From NCBI GenBank assembly GCA_019429005.1, contig JAHYJR010000002.1, forward strand, positions 32,001-96,000: a stretch of DNA of 64,000 bases, written 5' to 3'. The notes beneath the pieces were generated by a model. It had not been told where the DNA came from. It made no database searches and worked only from the letters and a program-made list of their open reading frames with translations. This document shows positions 1-9,055 of the stretch, in pieces (position 1 is the stretch's first letter; every line of letters begins with the position of its first letter). The DNA is from Nanobdellati archaeon. GTDB taxonomy: Archaea > EX4484-52 > GLR71. The position numbers and the translations under genes were made by a program.

Positions 1-2036
1 GGAAGGAGTATTTGTATGTTATTATAACCTCTATTTATTACTCGCTCAATTGCTTTTATTTCAGCATAAAACATTTTAGGATCATCAATTGCACGTCTTG
101 TTCCAGACCATCCTGTTATTGGATTTGTTTCGTTTTTTTCGGTTTCACTCCCTGGTATTTGTTTCAAAATATTGCTTTTAATACCAAATAATCTGTACAC
201 TACAGGGTTTGGATACGCTTTTTCAGCTAAAGCTAATAAATGATCTTCAAGATATTTAATTAGATTATCTTCCATACCTTCATCAATAATTTTGTATGGT
301 ATTTTTCCTAATTTAAGAACAATAACTTCAGAAGGAATTATACCTATACCATCGCAGTTATCTGGAATTTGATTCAAATCATCATAAGATTCCATAAAAA
401 GCATTACTTTGGTTGCAGTCATAACATCATTATTATTTGTAGTTTGTGCTTGAGCCATATTATCAATTTTTTGTTCATCTTTTTGTTCTATTGATTGTTG
501 TCTGTCTAGTTGTTGTATTTGTGCAGATATTGGTGTATATTGATTTTGTTGTGGCGAATAATTAGATTGTTCATTTTGTGAATTTTGATGTACATTTTGT
601 TGAGTTTGTAATGGTGTTTCAGTATATGACATATTTGTCATAGGTTGTGTGTTTTGGTGTTGATTAGTATTTTCCATAGTATTTGGTAATTCTGTAACAG
701 TTCCATCTAATGTGTTTATTATTACCATTTTATCTTCTTCTAATTCCGTTTTAGATTCTTTTTTGATTAAAAGTGGTATTGAACATTCTCTACAAAGTGT
801 TGACATATGCCCAGTTATACTACCTTGTTCTATAATTATACCACTCAATCTATTTATCACATATATTATTGACTTATTTAAATTTGCTAGTGATATTATA
901 TCGCCCGCATTTATTTTAGAATAATCTGAAATACCATGTATAATTTTTATATTACCTTGTCCATAACCTAGTGATATACCAATACCATTAAGTAAAATAT
1001 TTCCATTTTGAATGTTTTGTTGTGATATCGTTTTAGTATGTGATTTTATGGGTGAAGATTGAACAATATAAAGTCTATCTCTTTTAATAGCCCATTCAAT
1101 ACTTTGAGGAGGACCTTGTATCTTTTCAATTTTTAATGCAATTTTAAATATAAATTTAACTTCTTCTTCACTAAGGCTTTCTTTAAATCGTTTATCAAGC
1201 TCAAGATTCTCTTTAATTATGTCACCGCTTATTGCATGTTTTATAAATCGCCATTCTTTTTGATTAATTTTTTTACCCTTTAAATTTGAATTATCTTTTT
1301 CGAGAATATAGACATCAGGGGTAATCTCATCAGTAGTTACAATACCTGGACCGAAACAACTTTCAATCATAATTTCATTTTGATTATCTGTTATTGTATT
1401 TATTGTAGTGACTGTACCGGATTTATCCGCATCAATCATAACTTGTATTATTACTGCGATATTTATTTCATTATTTTTACTGTATTTATTAAAAGCAAAT
1501 ATAGCTTCAGGTGTAAATGCAGATATCCAACATTGTTTAATTTTATCTATAATACCTTGCAGACCATTGACATATAATGATGAAGTCATAAAACCGTTAA
1601 AAGATATTTTTGAATCTTTTTGATGATATATACTAGGACGTATACACACAGATACATCGTTATTTGATGCATTAAGCATATTAAGCTGTTGATTACTTAC
1701 GCCTTGAAGCCCTTTACCATTTCCAAGAGTTTCATATGCAATTTTAATTTCATCTTTCATTTCTTTAGAGATTTTTCCAGATAAAATCAAATCTCTTATT
1801 TCTTTTGTTTTTGAAAATAATATTTCATGATTATTTACATCAATCTCATTAGCATTCATAACAACTTCATAAATATTATTATCTGCAAGAAATGCTTCAA
1901 AAGCCTTATTTGTTAGTACAAATCCTTCTGGAACCGATATGTTTGATTTTATAAGTCTTGTAAGAGTTAAAGCTTTCATTCCAACAAGATGAATGTTTTC
2001 ATTATTGATATCTTCAAGCCTTATCGTATATGTCAT
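1..2036 (-). CDS. PEP synthase (PpsA)-like protein, divergent; runs off the window start
   Basis: Not in the ORF track because it has no stop in the window. Manual translation from ATG 2036: MTYTIRLEDINNENIHLVGMKALTL..VPEGFVLT, PQSIEWAI..LYIVQSSP, GSITGHMSTLCRE (phospho-His domain), DGIGIIPSEV, NPITGWSGTRR. Domain order matches PpsA. Confidence 0.85.
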   Translation of the reverse strand, partial: MTYTIRLEDINNENIHLVGMKALTLTRLIKSNISVPEGFVLTNKAFEAFLADNNIYEVVMNANEIDVNNHEILFSKTKEIRDLILSGKISKEMKDEIKIAYETLGNGKGLQGVSNQQLNMLNASNNDVSVCIRPSIYHQKDSKISFNGFMTSSLYVNGLQGIIDKIKQCWISAFTPEAIFAFNKYSKNNEINIAVIIQVMIDADKSGTVTTINTITDNQNEIMIESCFGPGIVTTDEITPDVYILEKDNSNLKGKKINQKEWRFIKHAISGDIIKENLELDKRFKESLSEEEVKFIFKIALKIEKIQGPPQSIEWAIKRDRLYIVQSSPIKSHTKTISQQNIQNGNILLNGIGISLGYGQGNIKIIHGISDYSKINAGDIISLANLNKSIIYVINRLSGIIIEQGSITGHMSTLCRECSIPLLIKKESKTELEEDKMVIINTLDGTVTELPNTMENTNQHQNTQPMTNMSYTETPLQTQQNVHQNSQNEQSNYSPQQNQYTPISAQIQQLDRQQSIEQKDEQKIDNMAQAQTTNNNDVMTATKVMLFMESYDDLNQIPDNCDGIGIIPSEVIVLKLGKIPYKIIDEGMEDNLIKYLEDHLLALAEKAYPNPVVYRLFGIKSNILKQIPGSETEKNETNPITGWSGTRRAIDDPKMFYAEIKAIERVINRGYNNIQILL

Positions 2037-2225
2037 ATTAACCAAAGAAATATTATGTTTTACTTATTAAAAAACTATTTGTTATTTATCTATTATTTAT
2101 AGATTAGATGATTTTTGAACCTTTTAATATATATATATATATATTAAATTATTTTGATTAAAAATTGATTAATAAATATTATAAAATACTTCAAAAAAAA
2201 AGAAAAAAAGTAAGAATTTGAAAGA

Positions 2226-2840
2226 TTACTCTTTTACATTCTCTTCAACTGTAGCGTCAACAACTGTTGTAGTTTCAACAACCTTTTCTTTAATTGGTGT
2301 ATCAACTACTTTTTTGTTAAGTGGTGTAACAACAAGCTTAGTACTATATGGTATTTTCATACTAGCTCTTTTACAAGCTTCTTTTACAATATTTGAATAT
2401 TTCTTAAAAGATCTTACTGAAAATATTGCTTGTTTTTGTTTAACTCTTGCAGCACGACCAGCTGGTTTACCAAATGGTTTTCTCATACCATCATAAAACC
2501 TATCTGCTTGCGCAACAGCAGCTTGTGCATGAGCTCTTAAAATATTATGTGGGTGAACTCTTATTTTTAAACGAAAATCTTGTGTTGTAATATTTTTTCT
2601 TAAATAACCATTTGCAGAAACACGACATGCTTCAAGAGCATTATGTCGTATTTGCATATCTCTATCAGGATATACTAAAAATTCGATATCATACTCATCA
2701 TTTAATTTACCCGTATCAAACTTGTTGATTTTTGATCCTGGAATACCTTTAATATAATTTTTTTTATGCACTCTTTTTGCAGTTCTTGTATAAGGTCTCC
2801 CTTTATAATCTCTATCTACACTTGCAGGTCTTAATCCCAT
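2226..2840 (-). CDS. rpl10e: 50S ribosomal protein L10e (uL16)
   Basis: MGLRPA..YTR, QIRHNALEACR, DGMRKPFGKP motifs; SD GGTGT-TTAA-ATG. Confidence 0.97.
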   Translation of the reverse strand: MGLRPASVDRDYKGRPYTRTAKRVHKKNYIKGIPGSKINKFDTGKLNDEYDIEFLVYPDRDMQIRHNALEACRVSANGYLRKNITTQDFRLKIRVHPHNILRAHAQAAVAQADRFYDGMRKPFGKPAGRAARVKQKQAIFSVRSFKKYSNIVKEACKRASMKIPYSTKLVVTPLNKKVVDTPIKEKVVETTTVVDATVEENVKE

Positions 2841-2931
2841 TTAAACACCATTTAATTATTTTTTTATTGTTTTTTAATATTATTGATTATCCTTTTAACA
2901 TTACCTTATACATTTTTAGATGAAAAGCTTT

Positions 2932-3228
2932 TTAAATCTTCTTTAGTCTTTCCTTTACTTTTTCAATAGAAAATTTAGACATTTTGCCAATACTTTCTTT
3001 TGTTTTCTCATCAAGAAAACCTTCAATTATCAAATATTCTTGAAGTACTTTTATAATAGGTTCTTTAGATATCTTTGCCGCCATCAAAATCATTGCAGCG
3101 GGTATTTTTGTCATAAGTTCGTCTTCAAGCGCATTTATGGATGAACTCATGTTTGAATTTGCAAGGAATACTCTTTTTCGCCTAGTATTATCTATCTGTT
3201 TTTCTTTATTATTTATATCGTTTACCAT
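2932..3228 (-). CDS. hypothetical protein (98 aa)
   Basis: ORF with native composition and no overlap with other genes; no recognisable motif. Confidence 0.6.
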   Translation of the reverse strand: MVNDINNKEKQIDNTRRKRVFLANSNMSSSINALEDELMTKIPAAMILMAAKISKEPIIKVLQEYLIIEGFLDEKTKESIGKMSKFSIEKVKERLKKI

Positions 3229-3301
3229 TGTTGTTACCCAGAATATATAAAATAATAATATTTGTTATTAAATTATGAGGTTTAGACTATTTATATGTTT
3301 C

Positions 3302-3320
3302 TAAAAATGTGACATTTTTA
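3302..3320. promoter_or_regulatory. perfect 9-1-9 palindrome TAAAAATGT-G-ACATTTTTA, candidate operator
   Basis: Read directly; lies in the divergent intergenic region between the 98-aa ORF and the AAA ATPase. Confidence 0.45.
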
Positions 3321-3438
3321 TATATGTTATATAAGTATGGTTATACGGGCGAGTGATAAAAATGATAACAATTATAAAGTTTTAACTTAAATAAATATTA
3401 TCTGATTATAATTAATGATAATGTTTTTAAGGATATAT

Positions 3439-4962
3439 ATGGGAATTGAAGTTAGAAAAGATACAATTGCACAAGATCAATATCTTGATGTTTTTAATTA
3501 TTTGAGTAATAAAACAATTCTTGAGAAATTTGGTTTTAATTCAGTATCATTTATGGATGTTATGCAATTAAATGATCCTTTAAGTGGTATTACTAATTCT
3601 GAAATAATGTCTTGTGATGCCGAATATTTTAAAATAACATCAGATATATTTTTAAATAAAAGCGAAAAAGCTCTTGGAAATGATATTTTAAAAACATTAT
3701 ATGACATAATTCCAGAAGGTATTAATTATGTTTGTAATACAGATTTAAAGAGAGTTCGTATTGCTCAAGCACACATCGGTGAATTCATTTATGATTTAAC
3801 ATTAAGTGCAAATTATAATTATTATGAAAATCCAAATATTAAACCCAATTTAGCGAAAAAAAGTCCTACAATTGAAATATCTTTACAAGGTTCAAAAGAA
3901 ATTTCTATTGAAAATTTAAAAACATCTTTATCAGATATGCTTTATTTAATTGAATCTGTATTAAATCAAAGTTATCAATTAACAGATAATAAAACAGATT
4001 TAGTATTAAGACCAACATTTGATTTTTTTACTGAAAAAGATCTTGATGATACGATGGATTCTGATGATTATATTGATACTAATAATATTATTAAAAAAGA
4101 GCCTAATACAGAGAATCTTCAAAATGAAGACAAATCACCTTTTGGAACTTTAAGTTTTGATGATATTGGTGGTAATGAAGATTTAATTGATTCTATGAAA
4201 GATATTCTTTATCTTTTAGGTAATAAACAATTAAATGATCTTGTTCCAAAAGGCGTCTTATTACACGGCCCGCCTGGAACTGGAAAAACGATGGTTGCAA
4301 AAGCAATGTTAAATGCAGCGTATGATAGGGCAATAATTACAAAAAGTATAAAGACTTCTGATTTTAAAGATATGTGGTATGGTAATACTGAAAAAAAATT
4401 GAAAAAAATATTAGATGATCTTCAAAAAAATCAACCATCTATACTTTTTGTAGATGAAGGTGATAGTATATTTCAATCAAGAATTGATGACACACATTCA
4501 GTAGATAAAGCAATTGTAAATGCACTTTTATCTTATATGGATGGTTCTGATGATAATGCAGGTACTACTATTATAACCACAACAAATCTTAATCCATACA
4601 ATCCCTTATCGTTTGATCCTGCATTTATACGTAGTGGACGATTTAGCACTGAATATATATTTAAGATGGATCCTCCAAATACAGAAGGCCGTAAAAAAAT
4701 CATAGATAAATACATGATACATGAAAAATATTTAGAACGATTAAGTTTTGATATCGATGCAGATTTTATTGCAAAAAAAACAGAAGGTTTTAATGGTTCT
4801 GATATCAGCGAGGTTTTTAATTCATCATTAAGACAAAATTTAAGAAAATCAAGACTTTCAAATAAAGAAGCAATTGATTTGATAACAGAAGAAGATCTTA
4901 TTGCCGCAATAGGTCGAATCAATAAAAAAGCAGTATCTGAAGAAGTTAGCGGTTATATCTAA
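3439..4962 (+). CDS. single-module AAA+ ATPase (CDC48/PAN/FtsH-like clade) with unrecognised N-terminal domain
   Basis: Walker A GPPGTGKT, pore loop WYG, Walker B LFVDEGD, SRH TTN..DPAFIRSGRF. ATG 3439 preferred over 3415. Confidence 0.9.
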   Translation: MGIEVRKDTIAQDQYLDVFNYLSNKTILEKFGFNSVSFMDVMQLNDPLSGITNSEIMSCDAEYFKITSDIFLNKSEKALGNDILKTLYDIIPEGINYVCNTDLKRVRIAQAHIGEFIYDLTLSANYNYYENPNIKPNLAKKSPTIEISLQGSKEISIENLKTSLSDMLYLIESVLNQSYQLTDNKTDLVLRPTFDFFTEKDLDDTMDSDDYIDTNNIIKKEPNTENLQNEDKSPFGTLSFDDIGGNEDLIDSMKDILYLLGNKQLNDLVPKGVLLHGPPGTGKTMVAKAMLNAAYDRAIITKSIKTSDFKDMWYGNTEKKLKKILDDLQKNQPSILFVDEGDSIFQSRIDDTHSVDKAIVNALLSYMDGSDDNAGTTIITTTNLNPYNPLSFDPAFIRSGRFSTEYIFKMDPPNTEGRKKIIDKYMIHEKYLERLSFDIDADFIAKKTEGFNGSDISEVFNSSLRQNLRKSRLSNKEAIDLITEEDLIAAIGRINKKAVSEEVSGYI

Positions 4963-4975
4963 AATTTTTAATACG

Positions 4976-5027
4976 GTTAGATATTATAATATATTATATT
5001 TGAGTTAGATATTATAATATATTATAT
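4976..5027. repeat. 24-bp direct repeat GTTAGATATTATAATATATTATAT x2 (period 28)
   Basis: Read directly; between convergent genes. Confidence 0.7.
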
Positions 5028-5085
5028 AAAAAGATTATATATTATATATAAACAATTATGAAATTAAACTCTTTAAAAATAATAT

Positions 5086-5568
5086 TTATTTTTTTTTGCC
5101 GTCAAGATATATTACTTCAACACCCGCATCTTTAAAGAATTCGGATGATATATCATTATCAGCATATCCTTGCTTATAAAATACACTTTTTATACCTGCG
5201 TTGATTATCATTTTAGTACACAGAATACAAGGTGAATGCGTACAATATAATGTGGCACCATCTGTACTAACACCATGTGATGCGGCTTGTATAATTGCAT
5301 TCTGTTCTGCATGAACGGCTCTACATGTTTCATGCATAGTTCCTGATGGAATCTTCTTCTGTATTCTTATGCAACCTATATCTGTGCAATGTTTAAGTCC
5401 TTTTGGAGCACCATTGTATCCTGTTGAAATTATATGATTGTTTTTTACAATGACTGCACCAACAGTTTGTCTTAAACAGGTTGTTCTTTTAGCAACAACT
5501 GATGCTATTTCCATATAATAGTCATCCTTTGTAGGTCGCTTTTGTTTAGTTGTAGTACTTTCAACCAT
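5086..5568 (-). CDS. dCMP deaminase (ComEB/CMP-dCMP deaminase family)
   Basis: TCLRQTVGA, STGYNG, HAEQNA and PCILC Zn motifs. Confidence 0.95.
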   Translation of the reverse strand: MVESTTTKQKRPTKDDYYMEIASVVAKRTTCLRQTVGAVIVKNNHIISTGYNGAPKGLKHCTDIGCIRIQKKIPSGTMHETCRAVHAEQNAIIQAASHGVSTDGATLYCTHSPCILCTKMIINAGIKSVFYKQGYADNDISSEFFKDAGVEVIYLDGKKK

Positions 5569-5626
5569 TTTAATCATACACACACATTTAGATAAATTTA
5601 AATTTTAAAAAAGAAAAATCTAGATT

Positions 5627-7096
5627 TTAATCATCTAGATCTTTTCCTTTATGCTTCTTCTTTTCCTCTGCATACTTATCCCAATCACCTTTCAAAAGCT
5701 TAGGAAGATTTAGTATAGCTTTCTTATTATTATCTACGCCAACAGTATTTCCAACACCTATAAGAAGTATCTTTTTATGTTTAGATTCTTCAATTAGCTT
5801 TTCAACTTCAATCCTTGTAGGTTCAAGAGCTTTATAGATTTTTTCATTCATTGGTATTGATGCTTCACTTATTCCTTGCTTGATGATAAGACCGTCTACT
5901 TCCATATTATATTTAGTCAATACAGCTTCAATCTTGAATTTATGAACACCGAAAGGACTCATTGCAATACCTACACCAGATGCGACACTTCCTGTTATCT
6001 CGCCTTCAAGTTTCTGTGATGCATCAACTGTTATGATATATTTGATCTTTTCTTTCTTAACAAGCTTTTCGACAGCACTGCTGTAATTACCAAGTCTAGA
6101 ACCTGGTCCTTTTGATTTCATTACAAATACTGTTTTTTTTACAATAGTCTCTTTACTTACGATTATATCTTCTGCAAGTTCTTCACCATTCTTTGTTTTA
6201 AATGATGCTGCAACAAGAGGACCAATTGAATCACCTATAGGAACACCATCAACAAATGCTTTTGTTGCCTTAACATTTGCTTTTGCCATCTTCATAATCA
6301 TAGGTATTTGCATCTGTAATATCATTGCAAACTGAAGATTATGCATCTTTTTAGTAAGGATAATCATATGCCTTACAATTTTAAACAACTGAACTGTTGA
6401 CATTGCACCTTTAAGACCCATATTGAAATTAGCCTTATCTTCTTTTGCAGCATTAGGTGCAATCTCATTTACAAATTTATTTATTCTTCGCTCAGAGTTG
6501 TTTATAATAACATCAACTTTATCGATGATACCATATGGATCTGTATCAACAGGAGTAGACACAAAGAAATCCATAAAGCCTTTCAATTTATCTTTGACTT
6601 CTTTAGTTGGTTTCTTATTCATCTTCTTTAATACTATAGCTTCAGATTTTTTTGCATATTCTTCTAATTTTTTAAGTTCTGTCTCAAGCTGGTATGTCAT
6701 CTGCCAGATATATATTTTAGGATAAAACATGAAAAATACTATGAAAAACAAAAAGGATAACATAGAATTATTAGATTTTGCTTTTGTAGTTCCAATTTGA
6801 CATGAAATTTTTCCATCAGAATCTTGTATTGAAACACATATTTGAGGATTCTTTAAAGCGGAACCAACTTCATAATAACAATCTTGCACCATATCAGCAC
6901 CAAGCTCGGCACAAATACTTGCATCATTACTATTTATTGCAACAACAGTCACACAAGATTTCTCTTCATATGCAGTAAGACTGCTACAAGATGAAACATC
7001 TTTATTGTTTGATAACATATGTTCCGGTATCGTTAAACATCCACTTGTAAAAACAAGTAAGATAAGTAGAAATATTGACAGATTTTTCATATTCAT
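5627..7096 (-). CDS. DUF1512-family membrane protein with N-terminal lipoprotein-like Cys-rich domain
   Basis: Lipobox-like TSGC and regularly spaced Cys, then a TM helix and DUF1512-type motifs PVDTDPYGI, PIGDSIGPLVA, GPGSRLG, TVDASQKLEGE, GVGNTVG. Confidence 0.8.
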   Translation of the reverse strand: MNMKNLSIFLLILLVFTSGCLTIPEHMLSNNKDVSSCSSLTAYEEKSCVTVVAINSNDASICAELGADMVQDCYYEVGSALKNPQICVSIQDSDGKISCQIGTTKAKSNNSMLSFLFFIVFFMFYPKIYIWQMTYQLETELKKLEEYAKKSEAIVLKKMNKKPTKEVKDKLKGFMDFFVSTPVDTDPYGIIDKVDVIINNSERRINKFVNEIAPNAAKEDKANFNMGLKGAMSTVQLFKIVRHMIILTKKMHNLQFAMILQMQIPMIMKMAKANVKATKAFVDGVPIGDSIGPLVAASFKTKNGEELAEDIIVSKETIVKKTVFVMKSKGPGSRLGNYSSAVEKLVKKEKIKYIITVDASQKLEGEITGSVASGVGIAMSPFGVHKFKIEAVLTKYNMEVDGLIIKQGISEASIPMNEKIYKALEPTRIEVEKLIEESKHKKILLIGVGNTVGVDNNKKAILNLPKLLKGDWDKYAEEKKKHKGKDLDD

Positions 7097-7326
7097 TAAA
7101 ATTACACCTTAGGTTTATAGATGAAGTACTAATAATTTTTACTAGTAGATTTATATATATATATATTTAGTTTAGACACAAAAAAACGAAAAAATGAATG
7201 TTATATTAACAAAAGATCTTTAACAAAATTTGAAAAGTAATATGAATATTAAATGATTATAAAATAATTTTAAATTATATTTTTATTAAATTATATTTTT
7301 TAAAAAAAGAAAAAAAGTTAAGAGAC

Positions 7327-7494
7327 TTAAATGTCTCTTGACTTTATTGTTTTTCGACCATTTGCTTTTGCTCTTTCAACTGCTTTCTTAACAATCTCTT
7401 CAACAACAGCAGAAAGTGAATCATCTGCGTCAGCGGAAAAACTCATATCCTGGGCTTTTGCCAATTCTCTAACTTTGCTTTTTACAATCAACAT
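7327..7494 (-). CDS. small histone-fold protein, 55 aa (truncated-alpha3, face-to-face/Bd0055-like type)
   Basis: Below the ORF-track cutoff: MLIVKSKVRELAKAQDMSFSADADDSLSAVVEEIVKKAVERAKANGRKTIKSRDI; histone RA..NGRKT...RD signature. Confidence 0.9.
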   Translation of the reverse strand: MLIVKSKVRELAKAQDMSFSADADDSLSAVVEEIVKKAVERAKANGRKTIKSRDI

Positions 7495-7715
7495 AGTTTA
7501 TCACGTTTTTTATATTTGCTTTTAAATGTGTATTTTCATTTGTTTTAAAGCTTTTTTTAATTTGTAATATACAGTTAAATACTTTTTGGTGAATCCACTA
7601 AGTGATAGTATACAGTTTAACGTTGTTTTTATATGTTTTAAGGCATTTTCATTTAATATTTATTTTTCATTAAATATTATAATACCTTTATATATTACAA
7701 AAGTAATTAATATTA

Positions 7716-8264
7716 ATGGATATCCTAACATCAATTCTTGTAGGAATCGGTCTTTCAATGGATTGTTTAGGTATATCTGTATGTATAAGTAGTATTAACA
7801 AAATAACACTTAAAGATTATATAAGAATCCCTTTATATTTCAGCATATCTCATTTCATTATGATTTTCGCAGGTTTATATTCAGGCAATTATTTTCATAA
7901 ATATATCGTTGTTGTTGATCATTGGATTGCATTTTTTCTTTTATTTTCAATTGGAGTAAAAATCATATATGATTCTCTAAAGAAAGACGATATAATTCCA
8001 GATATGACATCACATATTAAACTAATTATGTTTTCTTTTGCAACAAGTCTTGATGCAATGGCTGTGGGTTTTGCATTTAGTCTAATAAATGGATCTTTGA
8101 TGGTACCTGCTATAATTATAAGCATTATTGTTATGATTATAACTTTAATTGGCCTCAGACTAGGAAAAAATATCGGTAATCTTGAAGTAAATTATGCCGG
8201 GATTTTTGGAGGTCTAATTCTTATTGTAATAAGCCTTAAAATCTTACTAACACACCTGTTTTGA
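7716..8264 (+). CDS. mntP: manganese efflux pump MntP family
   Basis: GLSMD, DHWIAFFLL, ATSLDAMAVG, GGLILI; six hydrophobic segments. Confidence 0.92.
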   Translation: MDILTSILVGIGLSMDCLGISVCISSINKITLKDYIRIPLYFSISHFIMIFAGLYSGNYFHKYIVVVDHWIAFFLLFSIGVKIIYDSLKKDDIIPDMTSHIKLIMFSFATSLDAMAVGFAFSLINGSLMVPAIIISIIVMIITLIGLRLGKNIGNLEVNYAGIFGGLILIVISLKILLTHLF

Positions 8265-8346
8265 ATACAAGTAAATTATAAGATATTTTATTTTAGACAA
8301 CTCCTATTACAAAAATATTTAAATTCAGATAAATCAAATTATCTTT

Positions 8347-9032
8347 ATGCAAGAAATCGATTTGAATCAAATTTGTGAAAAATACTCCCCATCAGAAAAA
8401 AAGGTATTCTTTTGCTTAAAGACACAGATACATTGATTTTTTGTCCAGGCATCAGAACATGCGGATTTGCAGAAATAAAAATGGCTCTTAAAAATAAGAA
8501 ATGTCAAATAATTGCAACCACAATAGACACAAAAGGATTCAAAGAAACAAAAAAAATAATTGAGAAAACAGAATTATCAAATAGGATACATATAAAAATT
8601 GAAGATGTTACTAAACCGCTGCCTTATAATAATAAATACTTTGACTATATATATGCTAGATTAATTCTCCATTATTTAACAAAACAAGAACTTGATAAGA
8701 CACTTAAGGAATTTTACAGAGTGTTGAAACCTGAAGGAATACTTTTTATAGTTGTAAGAAAGAAAGACTGTGAAGTTAATAAACATAATTTTGAATATGA
8801 TAGTAATACTAAAATGACCACATATAAGTTCATAAATTCAGATAAAAAATCCACACCAATACAAATTTCAAGATATTTTCACACAAAAAATTCCATTTCT
8901 GATCATCTAAAAACTGCAGGTTTCAATATAGAATAAATTAGAAAATATAAAGAACAATTATTTAGTGATTATTTGAGAACTATACCTTCTCAAAAAAAAT
9001 CATCAATAATTTAATTGCTGGCTAAAAAATAA
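8347..9032 (+). pseudogene. class I SAM-dependent methyltransferase, disrupted
   Basis: FDYIYARLILHY and EFYRVLKPEG motifs. ATG 8347 is out of frame with the body (A-run near 8396-8402), and the frame continues past TAA 8934 (E*IRKYKEQLFSDYLRT..II*LLAKK*). Confidence 0.75.
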
Positions 9033-9055
9033 TCCGATAAACAACAAAACAAAAA

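Noticed and set aside
2127-2144. (AT)n run (also about 7152-7166) as a functional element
   Set aside because: Short dinucleotide runs are expected in such AT-rich intergenic DNA.
7331-7525. Plus-strand 64-aa ORF
   Set aside because: It is the antisense shadow of the histone gene. The same applies to most short ORFs lying inside ppsA, valS, gltX, uvrABC, ppaC and aRF1.
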